This document shows, in pieces, positions 53,601 to 57,869 of a DNA stretch of 57,869 bases. Positions within the stretch are counted from its first letter, which is position 1; every line of letters begins with the position of its first letter. The stretch comes from Patescibacteria group bacterium (GTDB lineage: Bacteria > Patescibacteriota > Minisyncoccia > Phycocordibacterales > CAIZLB01). A program made the translations under genes and the position numbers. The notes below the pieces were generated by a model that worked only from the letters and a program-made list of their open reading frames with translations, ran no database searches and was not told the DNA's origin. The DNA is taken from NCBI GenBank assembly GCA_040384865.1, contig JAZKIM010000004.1:16105-73973 (forward strand), written 5' to 3'.

Positions 53601-54800
53601 ATGGCAGAAGCAGCTGTTTTCGATCGATCAAAGCCTCACGTTAACGTGGGCACCATCGGTCACGTAGACCACGGAAAGACTACCCTTACCGCGGCTATTC
53701 TTAATGTTCTTCACCGAGCAGGTATGGAAGCGACTATCAAGGCTGTTGGTGATATTGACAAGGCTCCAGAAGAAAAGGCTCGAGGAATTACAATTTCACT
53801 TTCACATAGCGAGTATGCAACGGCGACTCGTCACTATGCTCACATTGATGCCCCAGGTCACGCGGACTACATCAAGAACATGATCACTGGTGCAGCTCAG
53901 ATGGACGGCGCTATCCTCGTGGTAGCGGCGACTGACGGAGCTATGCCACAGACACGAGAACACGTTCTCTTGGCTAAGCAGGTAGGTGTGCCGAAGATGG
54001 TTGTTTTCCTTAACAAGTGCGATATGGTTGACGATGCAGACATGCTCGACCTCGTTGAAGCTGAAATTCGAGAACTTCTTACGAAGAACGGTTTCGATGG
54101 CGACAATGCTCCAGTTATCCGAGGTTCAGCACTTAAGGCCCTTGAAGCTACGGGTGTAGAAGATGAGTGGTCAAAGAAGATCCTTGAACTCGCTACTGCT
54201 CTTGATACATATATCCCAGTTCCAGTTCGAGAAACTGACAAGCCATTCCTCATGCCAATTGAAGACATTTTCTCAATTGAAGGACGAGGTACTGTAGTAA
54301 CAGGCCGAATCGAACGAGGTATTGTAAAGGTTGGTGAAGAAGTTGAAATCGTAGGTCTTAAGGATACCGCGAAGACAACAGTTACAGGTATTGAAATGTT
54401 CAATAAGCAGCTCAATGAAGGTATGGCTGGTGACAACGCTGGTATCCTCCTTCGAGGTTTGAAGAAAGAAGATCTTACACGAGGTCAGGTCATCGCTAAG
54501 ACAGGTACTGTAAAGGGTCACACAGATTTTGAAGCAGAAGTGTACATTCTTAAGAAGGAAGAAGGTGGACGACACACTCCATTCTTTACAGGTTACAAGC
54601 CACAGTTCTATGTTCGAACAACGGACGTAACTGGTGAAGTAACCCTTAACGAAGGTGTTGAAATGGTTATGCCTGGAGACACTGTTACATTCAAGGTAAA
54701 GCTTGTTGCCCCTATTGCTCTTGAAGACAAATTCCGATTTGCTATTCGAGAAGGTGGAAAGACAGTAGGTGCTGGTGTAGTAACTAAGATCGTTGCTTAA
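53601..54800 (+). CDS. tuf: elongation factor Tu
   Basis: [31 protein letters not shown]. The full-length 399 aa is canonical. Confidence 0.98.
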   Translation: MAEAAVFDRSKPHVNVGTIGHVDHGKTTLTAAILNVLHRAGMEATIKAVGDIDKAPEEKARGITISLSHSEYATATRHYAHIDAPGHADYIKNMITGAAQMDGAILVVAATDGAMPQTREHVLLAKQVGVPKMVVFLNKCDMVDDADMLDLVEAEIRELLTKNGFDGDNAPVIRGSALKALEATGVEDEWSKKILELATALDTYIPVPVRETDKPFLMPIEDIFSIEGRGTVVTGRIERGIVKVGEEVEIVGLKDTAKTTVTGIEMFNKQLNEGMAGDNAGILLRGLKKEDLTRGQVIAKTGTVKGHTDFEAEVYILKKEEGGRHTPFFTGYKPQFYVRTTDVTGEVTLNEGVEMVMPGDTVTFKVKLVAPIALEDKFRFAIREGGKTVGAGVVTKIVA

Positions 54801-54819
54801 CCTTAAATAAATCTGCTTT

Positions 54820-55203
54820 ATGGCAACTACTAAAAAAACAGAGGGCGCTCCGAAAAAGAAAGCTTCTACAAAAGCAAAAGATGGTAACGATGAGGCTTCT
54901 TCAAAACTTCGGATCCGAGTTCGCGCATATGAATCAAAAATTCTTGATGCTTCTGTAAAGCAGATCATGGACACAGCACTTCGCTTTGATGCAAAGATTC
55001 TTGGTCCGATTCCACTTCCAACTGAGATCAAGAAATATACAGTTAATCGTTCGTCTTTCGTCTACAAAAATGCGCGAGAACAATTTGAGATGAGAGTCCA
55101 CAAACGATTGCTCGATATTATTAATCCAGGTGCTAAGGTGATCGAATCACTTACAAACCTCAGTCTTCCATCAGGCGTCAATATTGACGTGAAAATGATG
55201 TAA
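54820..55203 (+). CDS. rpsJ: 30S ribosomal protein S10 with a ~25-aa lysine-rich N-terminal extension
   Basis: Core: LRIRVRAYESKILDASVKQIMDTALRFDAKILGPIPLPTEIKKYTVNRSSFVYKNAREQFEMRVHKRLLDI. It is preceded by MATTKKTEGAPKKKASTKAKDGNDEASSK. Confidence 0.95.
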   Translation: MATTKKTEGAPKKKASTKAKDGNDEASSKLRIRVRAYESKILDASVKQIMDTALRFDAKILGPIPLPTEIKKYTVNRSSFVYKNAREQFEMRVHKRLLDIINPGAKVIESLTNLSLPSGVNIDVKMM

Positions 55204-55270
55204 ATCATTTTCAAATAAATTATCCTCTTCGATTATTCTTCACTAAACTTATCTCTATTATTCTACGGCC

Positions 55271-55870
55271 ATGAAATTCATCCTCGGTACAAAACAGAAT
55301 ATGACGCAACTCTTCGACGACGAGGGTAAGGTTCATCCTGTCACGGTGTTAAAGACAGCTCCTATTGTTGTTACACAAGTTAAGACTAAGGATAAAGATG
55401 GCTATGAAGCTATTCAGGTTGGTTATGGCGAAAAAAGTGCCAAGCGAATCAAGAAGCCTCAGAAGGGTCACTACAAAGATCTTGGAAACTTCCAGTATCT
55501 TAAGGAAGTGGAGGGAGTTTCAACTCCTGCGGTGGGTGAAAAGATAGAAAGCACACTTGAAGCGGGTGATACTGTTACCGTCTCTGCGATATCAAAAGGA
55601 AAGGGTTTCCAGGGTGTTGTAAAGCGTCACGGTTTCAAAGGAGGTCCTCGATCTCACGGTCAGAAACATTCAGAGCGTGAAGCCGGTTCTATCGGTACAG
55701 CCGGACAGCAGCGTGTATTCAAGGGTATGAGAATGGCTGGACGTATGGGGGGAGACAGAGTAACCGTCAAAAATCTAGTGGTCGTAGCTTTTGACAGAGA
55801 AACAGGTGAACTCTTCGTGCGAGGAGCTATCCCCGGTCGACGCGGTACATTGGTAGAAGTCCGTGGCTAA
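55271..55870 (+). CDS. rplC: 50S ribosomal protein L3
   Basis: ...GKGFQGVVKRHGFKGGPRSHGQKHSEREAGSIG...QRVFKGMRMAGRMG. Confidence 0.97.
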   Translation: MKFILGTKQNMTQLFDDEGKVHPVTVLKTAPIVVTQVKTKDKDGYEAIQVGYGEKSAKRIKKPQKGHYKDLGNFQYLKEVEGVSTPAVGEKIESTLEAGDTVTVSAISKGKGFQGVVKRHGFKGGPRSHGQKHSEREAGSIGTAGQQRVFKGMRMAGRMGGDRVTVKNLVVVAFDRETGELFVRGAIPGRRGTLVEVRG

Positions 55871-55893
55871 TCTTCTTATCTAATCCAACTAAC

Positions 55894-56640
55894 ATGGCAA
55901 CAACAAAGAAAACAACTGAAAAGAAGGTAGTGACAAAGAAAGAAAAAGTAGCTAAGGCTCCAAAGGCTGTTGACGTACTCGAAGCTAAGATATATGCAAT
56001 CGACGGTAAATCTTCCGGCACAGTTTCACTTCCACCTGAGATTTTTGGACTCAACTGGAATGCTGACCTTGTGCACCAAGTGGTCACTTCAATGCGAACA
56101 GATGCTCGAACTCCTGTTGCTCACGCAAAGGATCGAGGAGATATTCGTGGTGGAGGAAAGAAGCCTTGGAAGCAGAAGGGAACAGGCCGCGCTCGACACG
56201 GATCATCACGATCTCCGATCTGGGTTGGTGGAGGTGTGGCTCACGGACCGACAAACGAGACTAATTTCACTCGAAAGATTAACAAAAAGGCGAAGGTTAA
56301 AGCAGTCTTTACAATCCTTTCTCGAAAATTTCGAGATGGCGAAGTGATCTTTGTTAAAGACCTCGCTCTTGCTAACCCAAAGACAGTTGATGCAAAGGCG
56401 GCGCTTACTAAGATTGCTTCTGGATCAGGTATTGAAATGCTCGCGCAGAGACGAAACAATGCCGCATTTATTCTTTCCCCAAAGATTGAGACAAATGCAA
56501 AGAGAGGCTTTCAGAACATGAGTAATCTTGAGGTGAATGAATTGAGGAATATTAACCCTCTTGCACTTCTTCAGTACAAGTATGTCGTCATTGCCTCTCC
56601 TGAAGAATCAATTGAAATGCTTAAGGCAAAGATGAATTAA
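55894..56640 (+). CDS. rplD: 50S ribosomal protein L4 with a lysine-rich N-terminal extension
   Basis: ...RGGGKKPWKQKGTGRARHGSSRSPIWVGGGVAHGP... The N-terminus is MATTKKTTEKKVVTKKEKVAKAPKA. Confidence 0.96.
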   Translation: MATTKKTTEKKVVTKKEKVAKAPKAVDVLEAKIYAIDGKSSGTVSLPPEIFGLNWNADLVHQVVTSMRTDARTPVAHAKDRGDIRGGGKKPWKQKGTGRARHGSSRSPIWVGGGVAHGPTNETNFTRKINKKAKVKAVFTILSRKFRDGEVIFVKDLALANPKTVDAKAALTKIASGSGIEMLAQRRNNAAFILSPKIETNAKRGFQNMSNLEVNELRNINPLALLQYKYVVIASPEESIEMLKAKMN

Positions 56641-56646
56641 ACCACC

Positions 56647-56940
56647 ATGACTATTTCAACACAAAAACACAGTAATCAAGTACTCAAGAAGCCTCGTATT
56701 ACCGAGAAGGCTACTCTTGTTACTGACAAGAACCAATACGTATTCGTTGTTACCTCTGATGCTACAAAAGCTTCTGTTGCTAAGGCAGTCGAGCAGGTGT
56801 ATAAGGTAAAGCCAACAGCGGTCAACATTGTCCGAATTCCAGCAAAGAAAGTTATCATTCGAGGCCGACGTGGTATGAAGTCTTCTATGAAGAAAGCTTA
56901 TGTCTACCTTAAGAAAGGGGACAAGATAGATCTCGCGTAA
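56647..56940 (+). CDS. rplW: 50S ribosomal protein L23
   Basis: VLKKPRITEKAT......YVFVV...ATKASVAKAVEQVYKVKPTAVNIV....KK. Confidence 0.95.
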   Translation: MTISTQKHSNQVLKKPRITEKATLVTDKNQYVFVVTSDATKASVAKAVEQVYKVKPTAVNIVRIPAKKVIIRGRRGMKSSMKKAYVYLKKGDKIDLA

Positions 56941-56972
56941 TCAAACATCCACCATTTTTTTCCATCAATTTT

Positions 56973-57815
56973 ATGAAACGATATAAACCAACAAGCAAAT
57001 CACGACGAAATATGGTCACCATCTCTTACCGAGGTGTGATTACGACGAATGAACCTCACAAGGCTCTTACTCACGGTTTCCAGCGATCAGTGGGACGTAA
57101 CAATACAGGACGAATCACTACTCGACACAAGGGTTCTGGTAACAAGCGAATGTACCGAGAAATTGATTTTGTATATAACAAGAAGGATATTCCAGCAAAG
57201 ATTGTTAGTGTTGAATATGATCCTAATCGAACAGCTTTCATTTCTCTTGTGAATTATGCTGATGGCGAAAAAAGATATGTTGTTCTCCCCAAGTCGTTGA
57301 AGGTTGGCGACGTTTTCACTGTTGGTGAAAAAGCAGAAATCAAGCCTGGTAATCGGCTCCCTCTTCGAAATATCCCTGTAGGTACATTTATTTACAATGT
57401 TGAAGTTAAACCTCAGGGTGGCGCAAAGCTTGTCCGATCGGCAGGTAATTACGCTGAAGTACTTGGTCAGGACGAAGGCTTTACCCAGATCAAGATGCCT
57501 TCTACAGAAGTGCGAAAGATCAAAGATACTGCTTGGGCATCTATAGGTGAAGTTTCAAACGATGAGAACCGACTCCAAGCATACGGTAAGGCCGGACGAA
57601 GCCGATGGAAGGGTATTCGACCAACTGTTCGAGGTACAGCGCAAAACCCAGTGGACCATCCTCATGGAGGTGGAGAAGGCCGACAAGGACGAGGACGACG
57701 ACGTGCTATTTCCGTATATGGAAAGCCGACAGGAAAGGGCCAGAAGTCTCGAACACCAAAGAAGTACTCAAACAAGCTCATTGTCTCACGACGACGAGTT
57801 GGAAAAGCACGTTAA
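56973..57815 (+). CDS. rplB: 50S ribosomal protein L2
   Basis: ...GRNNTGRITTRHKGSGNKRMYR...GTAQNPVDHPHGGGEGR... Confidence 0.97.
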   Translation: MKRYKPTSKSRRNMVTISYRGVITTNEPHKALTHGFQRSVGRNNTGRITTRHKGSGNKRMYREIDFVYNKKDIPAKIVSVEYDPNRTAFISLVNYADGEKRYVVLPKSLKVGDVFTVGEKAEIKPGNRLPLRNIPVGTFIYNVEVKPQGGAKLVRSAGNYAEVLGQDEGFTQIKMPSTEVRKIKDTAWASIGEVSNDENRLQAYGKAGRSRWKGIRPTVRGTAQNPVDHPHGGGEGRQGRGRRRAISVYGKPTGKGQKSRTPKKYSNKLIVSRRRVGKAR

Positions 57816-57842
57816 AAATACCGGTTTGCCCCTGGTCTTTGA

Positions 57843-57869
57843 AAGGCGCCTAATGGCGATTTCCAGAGA
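57843..57869 (+). CDS. possible 5' end of rpsS (S19), truncated by window end
   Basis: An ATG lies 27 nt after the rplB stop with gaAAGG upstream, at the position where S19 is expected in the S10 operon. Only MAISR(E/D) is visible, and it does not show the usual RSLKKGPF start. Confidence 0.3.

Noticed and set aside
54273-55031. 252-aa minus-strand ORF
   Set aside because: It is antisense to tuf and rpsJ, both unambiguous, and has low-complexity S/F/C-rich composition.
1-57869. CRISPR arrays, rRNA genes, IS elements with terminal inverted repeats
   Set aside because: I found no regularly spaced direct repeats, no rRNA-like conserved blocks and no transposase-like ORF. The only recombinases are the Xer-type gene and the truncated serine recombinase.
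57816-57869. A second reading of the rplB-downstream sequence: frame 3 gives ..PWSLKGA*, reminiscent of the S19 start RSLKKGPF
   Set aside because: That frame has no start codon and hits TAA immediately. With only 54 nt before the window ends I cannot tell a frameshifted rpsS from coincidence. I kept only a low-confidence rpsS start at 57843.

Overview
The window looks like a compact, low-GC chromosome segment that uses the standard genetic code (TGA is a stop). Its gene content resembles a reduced Patescibacteria/CPR (Parcubacteria-like) genome; that taxonomic call is inference from content only. The housekeeping backbone runs as follows. rsmA(partial)-pcrA; rpsO, xerC-like, xth, cca; four tRNAs; hup-rny-clpP, rsmE, tig, ppa, nusA. 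Then a type IV pilus-like operon (pilB, pilC, three pseudopilins and a 590-aa beta-helix-like protein). Then tpiA-pgk, recJ, rnhA, a split comEC, rpmB, and a fragmented str/S10 ribosomal cluster (rpsL-rpsG ... fusA ... tuf-rpsJ-rplC-rplD-rplW-rplB).

No rRNA, CRISPR array or intact transposase was seen. I cannot name a demonstrably new system from sequence alone, so every functional idea below needs profile or structure searches.

The most unusual parts are:
1. A small islet next to tRNA-Pro (about 17.2-20.4 kb). It holds a roughly 0.65-kb GC-rich cassette of clearly foreign composition, framed by a consensus promoter and a terminator and apparently frameshifted. Next to it are a divergently transcribed, probably leaderless TrmB-family regulator, a decapitated large serine recombinase and an ORF6N gene.
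2. An operon of very large coiled-coil/proline-rich ORFan proteins, each followed by a ~100-aa helical protein (2.7-8.5 kb).
3. comEC split into two genes, with an antisense Fe/Mn-SOD-like gene wedged between them at zero intergenic distance.
4. The normally contiguous rpsG-fusA-tuf block interrupted twice. The first interruption is an antisense 57-aa gene missing from the ORF track. The second is a 2.4-kb insertion with a second GC-rich islet plus a chorismate mutase / prephenate dehydrogenase pair.
5. A 456-bp structured gap between convergent genes, a candidate ncRNA.
6. A frameshifted HIT gene.
7. Nearly exclusive CGA use for Arg in tuf, alongside a tRNA-Arg(UCG).
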